A stretch of 64,000 nucleotides of DNA from an uncultured bacterium (GTDB taxonomy: Bacteria; Chloroflexota; UBA5177; JANWHV01). Numbering within the stretch: position 1 is the stretch's first letter; every line of letters begins with the position of its first letter. Location: assembly GCA_963827235.1 (NCBI GenBank), contig CAWHAE010000018.1:1-64000 (forward strand), given 5' to 3'. Below are positions 38,493 through 49,847 of the stretch, one piece after another. The notes beneath the pieces are model-generated. The model made no database searches. It worked only from the letters and a program-made list of their open reading frames with translations, and was not told the origin of the DNA. Both the position numbers and the translations under genes were made by a program.

Positions 38493-39100
38493 ATGGTGCA
38501 CCCCTTCCACAGAACGCTGCGCAGACCTTCGTCAGCCAGCGACCACGCGATCCTGAGAACTCCCAGCCGATAACCACTCACTTGAGACTACCAGGCGCAC
38601 CGCAATGACCCGCCTTCCGGGGAGATCAGGTCTGACGCTCGGTTCTATCCAATCCTGCCGGCGGTTGTGGACGCCCTCCTTTCTGCCGCGCCAGCAAGCG
38701 CCCCCAGCGCCATCATAGGGCGGCCCAAAGAACCAGCATAGTCGAGGAGCGCACTGTCCCGGGAGTGTAGAAACAAGACACCGTCTTTAGCCTTGCGCCC
38801 GTATCACTCGCTCTCTCGATGCCAGGGTCACGCCAGTATTCGACGTCCGAGTCGTTCCCGCATCAGCATGTCGATGCGCATAGCTATACGCTGCTGGCAG
38901 CTACTCCAACCGGCAGGGAATAGTCTGGCCACGGGAAAAAGCAAGCACTACTTGGCCATCGCGGCCGGAGGACTCCAGTACGGGGCACGTCGCTGCCGCT
39001 CGTGACGAGGTGCGCGTCGCGGTATACTCTGCCCGTACGCGCCTGCTCGCGGTATTTCCGCGACGTGGGGGCGGAATCGAGGCCGGAAGGAGGCATGACA

Positions 39101-39682
39101 ATGTACGGGTTCCTGCGGTCCTGGCTTGCCCTGGCGCTGGCGGCGGCGATCCTCTGTGGAACGGGCACGGCGGCCCGTGCTGAAGGCGCCGGCGCCGTCA
39201 AGCTGGCGCGCCCCGCGGCGGTGACCGTCGTCAAGCAGTATGGGGCTGCCCTGCGATCGGTTCCCTCGAGCGACGCGCGCATCAAGGTCATGCTCGGCTG
39301 CGGCGCCTACCTGCAGGTGCTGGGGGAGAATAGCGGCTGGTACTACGTGAGCTACACCGACGACGTCACGCCGACCACCACTGGATGGGTGGGCAAAGCT
39401 CGGGTCGGCAGCGCGAATACCCCCTTGACCCGCATATGCGCGAACGCGGTTACCTTCCGGATCGGCGAGCATGTGTACACACAAGTCGCCACCGGCTGCC
39501 TCAGTCTGCGCGTCAGCCCGTCCAGAAGCGCCGTGTACCACTACTGCGTGAGCAACTACCACGACTATGTCGTGGTGAACGGGCCGATCGGCGTGGCCCA
39601 GGACGACTGGTTTGAGGTCACGAGCCGCTCCACTGGAACAGGCTGGGCGCTGGCCCAATATCTGAGGCCGTACGCCCAGTAA
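39101..39682 (+). CDS. Secreted protein with two SH3b-like domains
   Basis: AGGAGG RBS, signal peptide (ARA), LRSVPS...VLGENSGWYYV...GWV and LRVSPS...DWFEV...GWALAQYL. Confidence 0.8.
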   Translation: MYGFLRSWLALALAAAILCGTGTAARAEGAGAVKLARPAAVTVVKQYGAALRSVPSSDARIKVMLGCGAYLQVLGENSGWYYVSYTDDVTPTTTGWVGKARVGSANTPLTRICANAVTFRIGEHVYTQVATGCLSLRVSPSRSAVYHYCVSNYHDYVVVNGPIGVAQDDWFEVTSRSTGTGWALAQYLRPYAQ

Positions 39683-39733
39683 AGTGTCCGCCAGGCCAGC
39701 AGCCACTGGTCGATCCGCCCACGATTGCCGAGT

Positions 39734-40951
39734 CTAGCCGGCGGCTTGAGTCGGCTGCCTGCCGGGACCGGTGCGGCCAAGAAAGGCACCTGCCGCCAGC
39801 CCAAGCGCGCTGCACACGGCGATCACCAGAGCCATCGGTACGGCGGTGCTCGTTCCGCCCAGGCCTACCAGCGGAGCGGCGAAGGCACCGACCACCGATT
39901 GCAGGCTTCCCAGAAGTGCCGAGGCGCTGCCCGCGGTGCTGCGATGACCGGTCAGCGCCAGCGCCGTCGCATTGGGGCCGACGATGCCTTGCGTAGCGAC
40001 GACCAGGAAGAGAGCCGGCAGGATACCGGCAAGCCCGAGCGCGCCGCTCGTCACGACCAGCAGGAGCGCCAGGCCGCCGCCGGCGATGATACCCAGGCCG
40101 GTGAACAACAATCGTCGCAGTGAGAAGTGGTAGATCAGCCTGGCATTCAGCTGCCCAGCACCCATAATGCCGAAAGCGTTGATGCCGAAGAGAATGCCGA
40201 AGACCTGCGGGGACACGCCGTAGATATCCTGCAGCACAAAGGTTGATCCCGAGATGTAGGCGAACATGGCGGCCGAGGCGAGGCCGGAGGCAAGCGCATA
40301 CCCCAGAAACGATCGGTCGGAAAGCAGCTTCCTGAAGATGCCGAGGAGCTCCGGCAGCCCGCCGCCGCGGCGATCCTCCGGGGGCAACGTCTCGTCGAGA
40401 CCGACGGCAGAGGCGGCAAGCAGCAGAGCGCCGATGACCGCAAGCACGATGAAGACGCCGCGCCACGACGTGAAGCGCAGCACCAGGCCACCGACGGTCG
40501 GTGCCAGGATGGGAGCGATCCCGCTCACCAGCATCAGCATCGAGAACAGCCGGGCCATGGCTATTCCTGAATGCATGTCTCGAACCATGGCGCGGGCGAT
40601 CACAATGCCGGCGGAACCGGCAAGACCTTGCACGAATCGAAGAAGGATCAGCGTTCCCATCGAAGGAGCTATCACGCACAGCAGCGAGGCAAGCGTGTAC
40701 GCCGCGACGCCAGCCAGCAAGGGGCGTCGACGCCCCAGCACGTCGCTCATCGGTCCGGCGATCAGCTGGCCCGCTGCGAGCCCAAGCAGGCAGGCGCTCA
40801 GCGTGAGCTGCGATTGCGACGCTCCGGAGCCGAAGTCGCGAGCCAGCTTCGGCAGTGCAGGTAGGTACATATCGATGGAGAGCGGCGCAAACGCACTCAG
40901 CGCGCCCAGAATGATCAGCACGTGCAAGGAGTGCGGCTCGCCGCGGTTCAC
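39734..40951 (-). CDS. Bcr/CflA-family MFS drug efflux transporter
   Basis: PLSIDMYLPALP, GPMSDVLGRR, RFVQGLAG, ARAMVRD, APILAP. Confidence 0.93.
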   Translation of the reverse strand: MNRGEPHSLHVLIILGALSAFAPLSIDMYLPALPKLARDFGSGASQSQLTLSACLLGLAAGQLIAGPMSDVLGRRRPLLAGVAAYTLASLLCVIAPSMGTLILLRFVQGLAGSAGIVIARAMVRDMHSGIAMARLFSMLMLVSGIAPILAPTVGGLVLRFTSWRGVFIVLAVIGALLLAASAVGLDETLPPEDRRGGGLPELLGIFRKLLSDRSFLGYALASGLASAAMFAYISGSTFVLQDIYGVSPQVFGILFGINAFGIMGAGQLNARLIYHFSLRRLLFTGLGIIAGGGLALLLVVTSGALGLAGILPALFLVVATQGIVGPNATALALTGHRSTAGSASALLGSLQSVVGAFAAPLVGLGGTSTAVPMALVIAVCSALGLAAGAFLGRTGPGRQPTQAAG

Positions 40952-41530
40952 GAAGTCACGCTGCTACGGGGGTCACGTGACCGGCTGCCGGCACGGCCCT
41001 CGCTCGGCGCCATGGCGTCGCTCCGCGATAACGACAATCGGGATTCGGCGTGAAGCCAGGATTCATCCGCCGGTCTCTTCCTGGGCAGGCAACACGAGCG
41101 GCTACTCGCGTCGCGGCAGCACGCGGACGCCGATCCGCTGGCCAACCGTGCGCGGATCGTGTACCGAACTGCAGTGCCACTAGCCAAGAGGATATCCTTC
41201 CCGCCCCTGATTATAGCCGTGGCAGGCGGCACGCTGTGAGCGCATTTCTCAGGCAGTCTGGGATCATCTCTTCTTGGCCCAGGCTCGGGCGTGAACCGGC
41301 GCAGCAGAGCAGGCCGGCGGCAAGCATGTTACGCTCGACGGCGAGCTCACGGCTTCCACCGTCGCGGGCGCTCGAGGCTGTGATCTATCCTGAAGGAGGC
41401 GCGGGACGCCGGCCGACCTGCATGTGCGAATCAGACACGGGCCGGGCATACGGCCTCGCCGGGTCGTGTCGGCATGGACTTGGAACTGGACTGCGCTCAC
41501 CGGCCTAGCGAGAGGAGCTGGAACCCCGGC

Positions 41531-42508
41531 ATGGAGATACCGTCTTTTGTCGTGACGAGCACCGGTTATGAGGAGATACGCGATCATCTCGTGTCGGCAC
41601 TGCCGGGGGCTCGAGTGGAGATCGTGGATCCCGTGACCCTGAACGCTCGCGGCAGCCAGGCCGATGTCCTCATACCCACTATCAGTCGAATTGATCGCGA
41701 AACCATGCGCCGCGTGCAGGGTCTGCGCCTGATCCAGCAATGGGGAAGCGGGCTCGAGCGCGTCGACGTCGCGGCGGCCACGGAGCGCGGCATAGCCGTG
41801 GCCAACGTGCCGACTGAGGGAACGGGCAACGCGGAATCGGTGGCAGAGTGGTGTGTGATGGCCGCGCTCGTGCTAGGCAGACGCTTACCCGAGCTGGACC
41901 GGACTATCCGCGCCGGTGTGACCTGGGGCGGACCCATGGGGCGCGCGCTGTGGGGTCGCACTGCCGGTATCGTCGGCATGGGTGGCATCGGCAAAGCCCT
42001 GGCGGTGCGCCTCAAGCCGTTCGGCATGCGTATGCTGGCCGTCAAGCGGCGACCGGACCCGGCACTGGCAAAGCGGCTCGGCCTGGCATGGCTCGGTGGG
42101 CAGGAAGATCTGTCCCTCCTCCTGCACCAAAGCGATTACCTCTTCCTCTGTCTGCCGCTGAACGACCAGACTCGAGCGATGATCGATGAGGAGGCCCTCG
42201 ACCAACTGCCCGAAGGCGCCTGCATCATCAATGCCGGGCGCGGCGGCCTGCTGAGCGAGCACGCACTGCTGAGAGCGCTGGCAGGCGGCAAGCTCATGGG
42301 TGCGGCCCTGGACGTATACGAGCAGGAACCGCTCGATCCGGCTTCGCCACTTCTGGCCCGCCCCGAAGTCTTCGCCACGCCCCACATCGCCGGGGTGACG
42401 GACGTTTCATGGCGCGGCATCGCGCGCCGTGTCGCGGACAATGCGTGCAGACTCATGGCCGGCCGGCGGCTCGAGAACTGTGTCAACTGGGATGCCCTGG
42501 CCCACTGA
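41531..42508 (+). CDS. D-isomer-specific 2-hydroxyacid dehydrogenase
   Basis: GNAESVAE, GIVGMGGIG, INAGRGG, AALDVYEQEP, TPHIAG; start could be 41474. Confidence 0.92.
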   Translation: MEIPSFVVTSTGYEEIRDHLVSALPGARVEIVDPVTLNARGSQADVLIPTISRIDRETMRRVQGLRLIQQWGSGLERVDVAAATERGIAVANVPTEGTGNAESVAEWCVMAALVLGRRLPELDRTIRAGVTWGGPMGRALWGRTAGIVGMGGIGKALAVRLKPFGMRMLAVKRRPDPALAKRLGLAWLGGQEDLSLLLHQSDYLFLCLPLNDQTRAMIDEEALDQLPEGACIINAGRGGLLSEHALLRALAGGKLMGAALDVYEQEPLDPASPLLARPEVFATPHIAGVTDVSWRGIARRVADNACRLMAGRRLENCVNWDALAH

Positions 42509-43060
42509 CCGGCTCGACGGCCGGCCAAGAGTCGACTGCTACGCCCACGACTCCCAGGTTCCGTTGCGTGCACTGCGCACCATGGAGTCGAGCACGCGCA
42601 TGTTGGCCACGGCATCCTCGAGAGGAGCAGGAACCGGCGTGCCGTCCAGGATCGCCCTGCAGAAGGCATCCGCCTGAAGCGTGCATTGGTCGCAGGTATC
42701 GAAGACGACCTTCTCGACCGTATCGTTCTGGTGCCGTCACAGCTAGCATGGCAGGAGTCACCTTCTCCAGCCCGATCGCTGACGTGCTCAGGATGCCCCG
42801 CCGAACCCTGCCCGTCTGCTCCTCCCGCGTCGCGCCGACAATCCGCGAGCAGTGGCCTGGAATGCCAGCCTCGCCCTCGCTCAATCGCGTGGTAGCAGCA
42901 GCCGGGAAGTACGGACTAAGCCGCGGCGCGGCTCCGACCATCAGATCGACCGATACCGCGCAGCTGCGGAGCTCGTAGAGTAGTGGTGAACGATACCGCG
43001 GACGATAGGCGCGGGTCTGGCGGGCAGCGGTGGCGTGCCCGTAGCAAGGGAGCATAGAGC

Positions 43061-43369
43061 ATGATCGGCACCAACGCAGTGCTTGCAACAGTTACTTTCC
43101 ACAACCCCAGCAGCATCGTGGGATGGATCGTCGTGGGCCTGATCGCGGGATGGGCCGCCGGTCACGTGATGGGAGACGGCGGCTTCGGCGTGGTCGGAGA
43201 CGTCATCGTAGGGCTGGTCGGTGCCGCGATCGGCGGGGTGATCGTTGGCTTCGTCTGGTCGGGCACCACCGGCTTTGCCGGCAGCATCGTGGTCGCCTTC
43301 ATCGGCGCCTGCATCTTGATCTGGCTCGCGCGCGCCCTTTGCGGCGGGCGTACCGCGTCACGCGTGTAG
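43061..43369 (+). CDS. GlsB/YeaQ/YmgE (transglycosylase-associated) membrane protein
   Basis: WIVVGLIAGWAA...GDVIVGLVGAAIGG...SIVVAFIGACILI. Confidence 0.9.
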   Translation: MIGTNAVLATVTFHNPSSIVGWIVVGLIAGWAAGHVMGDGGFGVVGDVIVGLVGAAIGGVIVGFVWSGTTGFAGSIVVAFIGACILIWLARALCGGRTASRV

Positions 43370-43473
43370 CCGCTCGTTAGCACCGGCGCGAGTGAGCCTA
43401 CCGGCCGGGCGTAGTCACCTCCCGGCCGGTTGCATGGCACGACACGGGACGTGCCCCAGGAGAGGCGAGAGGC

Positions 43474-44592
43474 ATGCCGGCACCGTGGCAGCGCGCGCTG
43501 TACTTGCCACTGATCATTTTGGCCTGGCTGGCCGTCTTGTTGGTGGGCGTCTGGCTGCTCAGTCACGTCACCACCACGCTCCTGGTGCTCGGCCTGAGCG
43601 GCATCGTGGCCTACGCCCTCACCCCGGTGGTCTCGGCGCTCTCTCGCTGGCTGCCGCGCGGTATGGCCATAGCCATGGCCTATCTGCTCGGCTTCGCCGT
43701 CGTGTTCGGTCTGCTGGGGCTGATCGTCGACACCGCGGCGAATCAGGTCATTGCACTGGTGAGTCACCTGTCGACCTATCAGCAGCGGCTCGATCGCTTC
43801 ACGCCGCAAATCGTCGACGCGCTCCGCCCGTTCGGCGTGACCCGCGCCAAGCTCGACCACACGCAGCAACAGGCGATCAGCTATCTGAGGGGCCTCGGCA
43901 CTTCGGCTGCGTCGGACTCGCTGGACATCGTCACCGGCGTGGCTAACGCCTTGATCGACCTCGTGCTCATCCTCATCCTCAGTGTCTACCTCACCGCCAA
44001 CGGACCGAGAATCGCCGTGCTCTTGCGCCGGGAGACGCCCGGTGGCCACCGCTGGCGTACCAGCCTGCTGATCGCCATCGTCAACCGGGTGGTCGGCGGC
44101 TACATACGCGGCACACTTACAATGGCCACGCTGGTCGGCGCCCTGGTCGGCGGCGGTATGCTGCTGTTGCATGTCCCGTACGCGATCCTGCTCGGGGTTC
44201 TCGCCTTCTTCATGGAGTTTGTGCCAGTCGTCGGCGTTCTCATATCGGGATCGGTCTGCGTGCTGGTGGCCCTGTTCAAGGGCTGGATCCTTACCCTGAT
44301 CGTCCTGGGCTACTTCGCGCTCGTCCACGTGATCGAGGGCGACGTCGTGGGACCGCGGGTGATGGGAAAGGCGGTGGGAATCCATCCGGCCACGGCGCTG
44401 GTTGGGCTCGTGGCGGGCACGGAGCTATTCGGCCTTTGGGGCGCCCTCTTCGCTGCGCCGCTAGCCGGTCTGCTGCAGGCCATCGCCACGGCAATCTGGC
44501 ACGAGGCGCGCGGACGCGATCCGCATGCAGCGCTCCGCACCGCGCCAGCCGTCGAACCAACGGACGACACGGTGGAGAAGATGGCGGGCTAG
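43474..44592 (+). CDS. AI-2E family transporter
   Basis: AYALTPVV, GGYIRG, EFVPVVG, IEGDVVGPRVMGKAVGIHP, GLWGALFAAP. Confidence 0.92.
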   Translation: MPAPWQRALYLPLIILAWLAVLLVGVWLLSHVTTTLLVLGLSGIVAYALTPVVSALSRWLPRGMAIAMAYLLGFAVVFGLLGLIVDTAANQVIALVSHLSTYQQRLDRFTPQIVDALRPFGVTRAKLDHTQQQAISYLRGLGTSAASDSLDIVTGVANALIDLVLILILSVYLTANGPRIAVLLRRETPGGHRWRTSLLIAIVNRVVGGYIRGTLTMATLVGALVGGGMLLLHVPYAILLGVLAFFMEFVPVVGVLISGSVCVLVALFKGWILTLIVLGYFALVHVIEGDVVGPRVMGKAVGIHPATALVGLVAGTELFGLWGALFAAPLAGLLQAIATAIWHEARGRDPHAALRTAPAVEPTDDTVEKMAG

Positions 44593-44611
44593 CGTCGCCA
44601 CGGGAGGCACG

Positions 44612-44643
44612 CCAGGGCCCTGCCGTTGCCGGCAGGGCCCTGG
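44612..44643. terminator. 14-bp GC-rich hairpin downstream of the AI-2E gene
   Basis: CCAGGGCCCTGCCG-TTGC-CGGCAGGGCCCTGG perfect inverted repeat; no clear U-tract. Confidence 0.65.
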
Positions 44644-45107
44644 TTGCTGGTCCCGCATCGTGTCAGTTCTACGTGTTCGCTGCCCACCTGGTATCGCAGG
44701 GTCAGGCAGCATCCCGCTGCAATGTCTGCCGTTGTTTTGGCTGGCGGCGCCGTCGTTCGGTGCCGCTTTCGTCAAGGTAGCCGCGGCGCTGTCCAGCACC
44801 TGTGCGATGTCGTGCGGAACCAGCATGGTATGCAGTGGACTGTCGCTAAGTCCCCACATCGTGAGCATCATACCGGGCCGCACGTCGGAGATGGTGGCGT
44901 TGGGCTTGCCCACCAGCTGTACCGGCGTGGAGGGAGTCACCACGATGCTCGCGAACTCGCCCAGGCGTGAACGCGCTGTTGCGCAGCGGTAAGCATTCAT
45001 AAGCTTTTTGTGAAGAATCCGTGTGCAGCGCGCGGTCCTAATGAGCTGAGCGCCGGCCAATCACTCGATCGGCCGGCGCTGCGTCGTCGCCGTGCGCTAT
45101 CCGCGGC

Positions 45108-46595
45108 TCAGCTGGCTAGACAGTGGACGGCTGCCACCGACATCGGCGGTAGCACCGTGGCCAGCGAGTCTCGCTCGACGCGGATGTCGTCGAAGACCAT
45201 CGGCGACACCGCCGCAGGTTGCTCAAACGTGTTGTGCGCGGACATGCGCCCTGCCGTGAGCAGCGAGCCGGTAGATTCGTCGAGCACGCTGCCCCGAAGC
45301 TCGACCGTCACTGCCGCCTCGTGATGCGGATCGAGGTTGCACAGCGTGAGCAGTAGGGCACCTGACTTTCCGCGGGACGCCGACGCACTGAGCTGCGGGA
45401 TCTGAGCATCGCCAAACGTATAGGAGTCGCACTGGACGCCTGCTGGCAACAGCATGGCATCTTGATGCTCCTTGTAGAGATCGAACACGTGGTAGGTCGG
45501 TGTGGTCAGCATGCGCCGGCCGTCGGTCAGGATCAGGGCCTGCAGCACGTTTACCATCTGGGCCAGGTTCGCCATACGCACGCGGTCGCAGTGACTGTTG
45601 AAGATATTCAGGGTGACGGCGGCGACCAGGGCATCGCGCAGCGTGTTCTGCTGGTACAGGAACCCCGGGTTGGAGCCGGGTTCCGGATCGTGCCAGGCAC
45701 CCCATTCGTCGACCACGAGAGCGACGCGTTTGCCGGGATCCTGCCGATCCATGATCGTGGAGTGGCGCGAGATGAGCTCGTCCATGCGCAGGCACCTCTG
45801 CATGGCGGCGAACCAGAGATCCTCGCCGAAAGCGGTAGCCGAGCCCTTGTGCTGCCAGTCCTGCCCGGACAACGTATAGTAGTGCAGGCTCAGCCCATCC
45901 ATGCAACCGCCCGCCTCGCGCATCAGCACGTCGGTCCAGGAGTAGTCGTCGACATTCGCGCCGGCGGCGATCTTGAATACGGTGTTACCGCCAAAGTTGC
46001 GCACGTAGGTCTGGTACCGGCGATACAGGTCCGCGTAGTACTGCGGACGCATGTTCCCGCCGCAGCCCCAGCTTTCGTTGCCTACGCCGACATAGGGGAG
46101 ACTCCACGGCTCGTCGCGCCCGTTCGCGCGGCGAAAGTCGGCCATGGGAGAACGTCCGTTAAAGGTAACGTACTCCACCCATTGCTGGAGCTCCTGGACA
46201 GTGCCGCTGCCCACGTTCCCGCAGATGTACGGCGCCGCGCCGATCAAGCCGCAGAAGTCGAGGAACTCGTGTGTGCCGAAGTGGTTGTTCTCGGTCACGC
46301 CGCCCCAGTGCGTGTTGACCATGCAGGGCCGATCGGCGCGCGGGCCCACGCCGTCTCTCCAGTGGTACTCGTCGGCGAAGCAGCCCCCGGGCCAGCGAAG
46401 CACCGGCACCTCGATCCGCTGCAGCGCCTCGACCACGTCGAGCCGCAGGCCCCTGACGTTCGGTATCTCCGGATCCTCCCCGACCCAGATTCCCTCGTAG
46501 ATACCTCTGCCCAGGTGCTCGGAGAAGTGCCCGTACACGTTGCGACTGATCAGGTGTTTGCCTCGATCGACGTCGACGACCACTCGGTTCACCAT
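45108..46595 (-). CDS. Alpha-L-arabinofuranosidase (GH51)
   Basis: [60 protein letters not shown]. Confidence 0.95.
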   Translation of the reverse strand: MVNRVVVDVDRGKHLISRNVYGHFSEHLGRGIYEGIWVGEDPEIPNVRGLRLDVVEALQRIEVPVLRWPGGCFADEYHWRDGVGPRADRPCMVNTHWGGVTENNHFGTHEFLDFCGLIGAAPYICGNVGSGTVQELQQWVEYVTFNGRSPMADFRRANGRDEPWSLPYVGVGNESWGCGGNMRPQYYADLYRRYQTYVRNFGGNTVFKIAAGANVDDYSWTDVLMREAGGCMDGLSLHYYTLSGQDWQHKGSATAFGEDLWFAAMQRCLRMDELISRHSTIMDRQDPGKRVALVVDEWGAWHDPEPGSNPGFLYQQNTLRDALVAAVTLNIFNSHCDRVRMANLAQMVNVLQALILTDGRRMLTTPTYHVFDLYKEHQDAMLLPAGVQCDSYTFGDAQIPQLSASASRGKSGALLLTLCNLDPHHEAAVTVELRGSVLDESTGSLLTAGRMSAHNTFEQPAAVSPMVFDDIRVERDSLATVLPPMSVAAVHCLAS

Positions 46596-46866
46596 GCGAA
46601 GTCCATTCTCAACCTGCTCGCAATCCAACGCCAAGTTGCCTGTTAGGCGAACGTCGCCGCGGCGCCGCCGGTCCCGGCTCGCTTCTTGTCGCGGCCACGA
46701 TCACCGAAGCCGCCGCTATGGTGCGATCGATCGCCATCCCCCAACGCAGTGGCTGGGCGCCGGCAGCCTGGGAAGCTGCGTTTCCTGCACAGCGGTTCTA
46801 CCGCCGCCTGTCTGACTAGCCGACCCGGCCAACCCGCGCCCACCAGAGGTGACGATGGGTCCGCCA

Positions 46867-47853
46867 TCACCTCCCCTCTGTCACTGGGTCGGTGGTCGGC
46901 GGCGCCAGAGCCCAACCGGCGGGAGCGACCAATGGGAAGCTTTCACGCCGGCATGCGATCCGTGCGCCCTCCAGCACCAAGTGCGCAACGTGGAGCGACG
47001 AGCGGCGTCTGCCGTAGTCGAGGTCCGGCCCTTGCTCAGCGCCCCTGGCGCTCGGGTGCGTGTGGTAGAAGATGCAGGCGTCATCTCCAAGTACGAGGAC
47101 ATCGGCATGGTGGCCCCGCGGGCCGTCCTCATTGCGCGCGCTCGCGTCGTCGAGAATGAGTCCTTGGTACTGCCACTGCTCGGCGTCGTCAGACCTGTAG
47201 ACTGCCAGGCCATGCCAGGGGTCGGTGACCATCCAGTAGGAACCTTGCCAGCAGAACACGTTCGGGCCTTCGTGCTTACAATCCGTGATCACCGGTCCGA
47301 CAACCGTCCAGTGGTACAGGTCCGGGCTATCGGCGGCGAAGGTATGCTGCTCATGGCGCTCGTCCTTGTACCACAGCCGCCAGAGCCCGTTCGGCAGCCG
47401 ATGCACGCAGGCGTCGATCACCCGGTCGGAGTTCAGATCGAGCACCGATTCGAAGTCCCAATCCCAGAGATTAGCGCTCGTGTAGTGTACGATGCTGGCC
47501 GGCCCGGTCCACGCTTCAGGCACACCGGGAAGATAGCTCACGTACATGTGGTAGCGATCGCCGTGGAATAGGATCTCCGGCGCCCAGTACGTATTGTGTC
47601 CGGGCTCGAAGGCCAGGCCCCGCAGTGTGCCGCGATAGAGCCATGTCCGCCCTTCGTCCGCGGACGCGGCCACGCCCAGATCCGTGCCGTGGAACCAGCC
47701 GAGGCGAGGGCCGGCAACGTTGGCTCGCCGATTGGTGTAGACGATCCACCAGGCGCGCTCCAGATGGTTCCAGATCACCGTCGGGTCCGCTGCCCCATCG
47801 TATATGGGATCGCGGAAGAGTGGCGAGGTCGCGTCCGCGTTCAACGTGTGCAC
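46867..47853 (-). CDS. GH43-like five-bladed beta-propeller glycosidase
   Basis: DGAADPTV, YWAPEI, VIDAC, HEGPNVF, HADV. Confidence 0.8.
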   Translation of the reverse strand: MHTLNADATSPLFRDPIYDGAADPTVIWNHLERAWWIVYTNRRANVAGPRLGWFHGTDLGVAASADEGRTWLYRGTLRGLAFEPGHNTYWAPEILFHGDRYHMYVSYLPGVPEAWTGPASIVHYTSANLWDWDFESVLDLNSDRVIDACVHRLPNGLWRLWYKDERHEQHTFAADSPDLYHWTVVGPVITDCKHEGPNVFCWQGSYWMVTDPWHGLAVYRSDDAEQWQYQGLILDDASARNEDGPRGHHADVLVLGDDACIFYHTHPSARGAEQGPDLDYGRRRSSLHVAHLVLEGARIACRRESFPLVAPAGWALAPPTTDPVTEGR

Positions 47854-47858
47854 CCCTT

Positions 47859-48812
47859 CTAGCCTTTGAGCCCGGTAGTCACGATGCCTTGCACGAAGTA
47901 CCGCTGGCCGATGAAGAACACCAGCATGACAGGCAGGATGAAAACCAGGTTGCCCGCAGCCATGAGATTGAACTGGGGTTGTCCACCGGTGCTGCCGGGC
48001 ACGAGATAGCCGATCGGAATCTGTGCCGCCAGCGTGAAGTTATCGCTGTTGAGGAATATCGACTGTGTGAAGAAGTCTCCCCACTGAGCCTGGAAGCTCA
48101 GGATGGCAACCGTGGCGACCACCGGCTTAGAGAGCGGCAGGAAGATCTGGGCGAAGATCCTGAATAGCCCGCAGCCGTCGATGGTCGCCGCGTCCTCCAG
48201 CTCCACGGGTATGGCGCGGAAGAACTGGCGATACAGGAATATGAACATCGACGAACCCAGCGTTGGGCTGGCTGCAGCGCCCCAGAACAGCCACGGCCAG
48301 AAGCTGCCGATCAAGCCCGGAACGTGGGAAAACATGAGGTAGGTGGGAATGACGTACACCAATGCCGGGATCATCATCGTGGCCAGCACAAGTCCAAACA
48401 GCACGTTCTTGCCCCGAGCCTTCAGCCGGGCAAAGGCGAAGCCGACCAGGGCGCTGACGAAGATCGTGGGAATGGTGGCGAGGGCCGACACGACGAAGGA
48501 ATGCTGAGCAAAGGCAGAGTAGTCTATCTGGGGCAGGCTTATGGCATCATGGAAGTTCTGCCACTGCGGCACCGACGGCAGGAAGTGAATGGGATACTGC
48601 TCGAGCTCTCCCTCCGTCTTGAGCGCCGTATCCAGTAACCACAGGAACGGCAGCAGGAAGATGAACGCCAGCATGAGGAGCAGCAGCCACATCGACGCAC
48701 GGCGTATCGTGGCCATACGGCGCCAGCGATTGCTGTCGCGGCTATCCGACGCCTTCCGGGTGGCCCGTGTCTGGAGTGAGGTGCGCAGCGGCGGGTGATT
48801 ATCCGGCTTCAT
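47859..48812 (-). CDS. Carbohydrate ABC transporter permease (MalG-type)
   Basis: IPVELEDAATIDGC EAA loop; QRYFVQGI. Confidence 0.93.
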   Translation of the reverse strand: MKPDNHPPLRTSLQTRATRKASDSRDSNRWRRMATIRRASMWLLLLMLAFIFLLPFLWLLDTALKTEGELEQYPIHFLPSVPQWQNFHDAISLPQIDYSAFAQHSFVVSALATIPTIFVSALVGFAFARLKARGKNVLFGLVLATMMIPALVYVIPTYLMFSHVPGLIGSFWPWLFWGAAASPTLGSSMFIFLYRQFFRAIPVELEDAATIDGCGLFRIFAQIFLPLSKPVVATVAILSFQAQWGDFFTQSIFLNSDNFTLAAQIPIGYLVPGSTGGQPQFNLMAAGNLVFILPVMLVFFIGQRYFVQGIVTTGLKG

Positions 48813-49772
48813 AGTACACCCACGACTTGCCGGCCCAGAACACGACGGCAGTGATGGCCATGATGATCGCCACCAGGAACCAGAGAAGCGCCGATCCGTA
48901 GCCGTACTCGAAGTTCGCGAAGAATTGCTGATACACGTCCACCATGAAGAAATCGCTGCTGGCCGGTTGCGCCGCCGAGGAGTTTGACATGCCGAGCACC
49001 CCGCCGTTCGAGGTCATCAGCAGCGGCTGAACCACCGTTTGCAGGGCCCACAAGATGTGCAGAATCAGCAGATACATCAGCACGGGCGACAGCAACGGGA
49101 GCGTGACGTGGCGAAACGATCTGCGCGGCCGTTGGCGCCGTCGATCGAAGCCGCTTCGCGCAGCTCGGGCGGCACTCCTTGCAGGCCGGCCAGGATGATC
49201 ACCATGCTGTAGCCGGCGCCGCACCACACCATCAGCACGATGACAGTGAAGAACACTGCCGGGTCGGCCAGCCAGATCGTCGCGGGTCCGCCGAGATTGG
49301 TGATCACCCAGTTGATCACGCCCACGCTGGTATCGAACATGAGCTTCCAGGCCAGGGCCGCCGCCACGATCGGTACGACCGCCGGTACGTAGAAGATCGT
49401 GCGGAAAATGCCCACACCGCGGAAGCGCCGGTTCAGCAACACCGCCAGGCCGAGGGCGCTGCCGAGATTGAGCGGAATCCAGATGAACATGAACTTGAAA
49501 GTGAGCCACAGCGAGGTCCAGGTCTGCGGGTCGTTGAGCATGTCCGAGAAGTTCTGCAGGCCGACCCAGTGCCAGTGACCGCCCATGCCGGAATAGTCGG
49601 TGAAGCTCACGGCCATGGCGTAGATCATCGGAGCCAGCGTGAGAAGAAGGAATCCGATGATCCAGGGAGAGGCAAACACATAGAACGGCAGACTCGACTC
49701 CCGCGACCAGAGTCGATGCCGCCGGCTCCGGGGCGCGGGCCTGACCCCTCGTCGTTGGGCTGTGCCACTCAT
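48799..49772 (-). CDS. Carbohydrate ABC transporter permease (MalF-type), single frameshift at about 49130
   Basis: PWIIGF...LQGVPPELREAASIDGA continues in another frame as SFRHVTLPLLSP...YGYGSALLW. Confidence 0.85.
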
Positions 49773-49802
49773 GGATGTGCTTTCAGTATTGTGTCTGCCA
49801 GG

Positions 49803-49829
49803 GGTGGGCAGCCATCACGGCTGCCCACC
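49803..49829. terminator. 11-bp hairpin between the binding-protein and permease genes (attenuating or mRNA-stabilising)
   Basis: GGTGGGCAGCC-ATCAC-GGCTGCCCACC. Confidence 0.65.
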
Positions 49830-49847
49830 ACGCGAACGCCCCGGTGT

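Noticed and set aside
44760-44960. DUF5666-like fragment on the minus strand (VVTPSTPVQLVG...ISDVRPG)
   Set aside because: No credible start or full domain; too weak to call beyond a possible remnant
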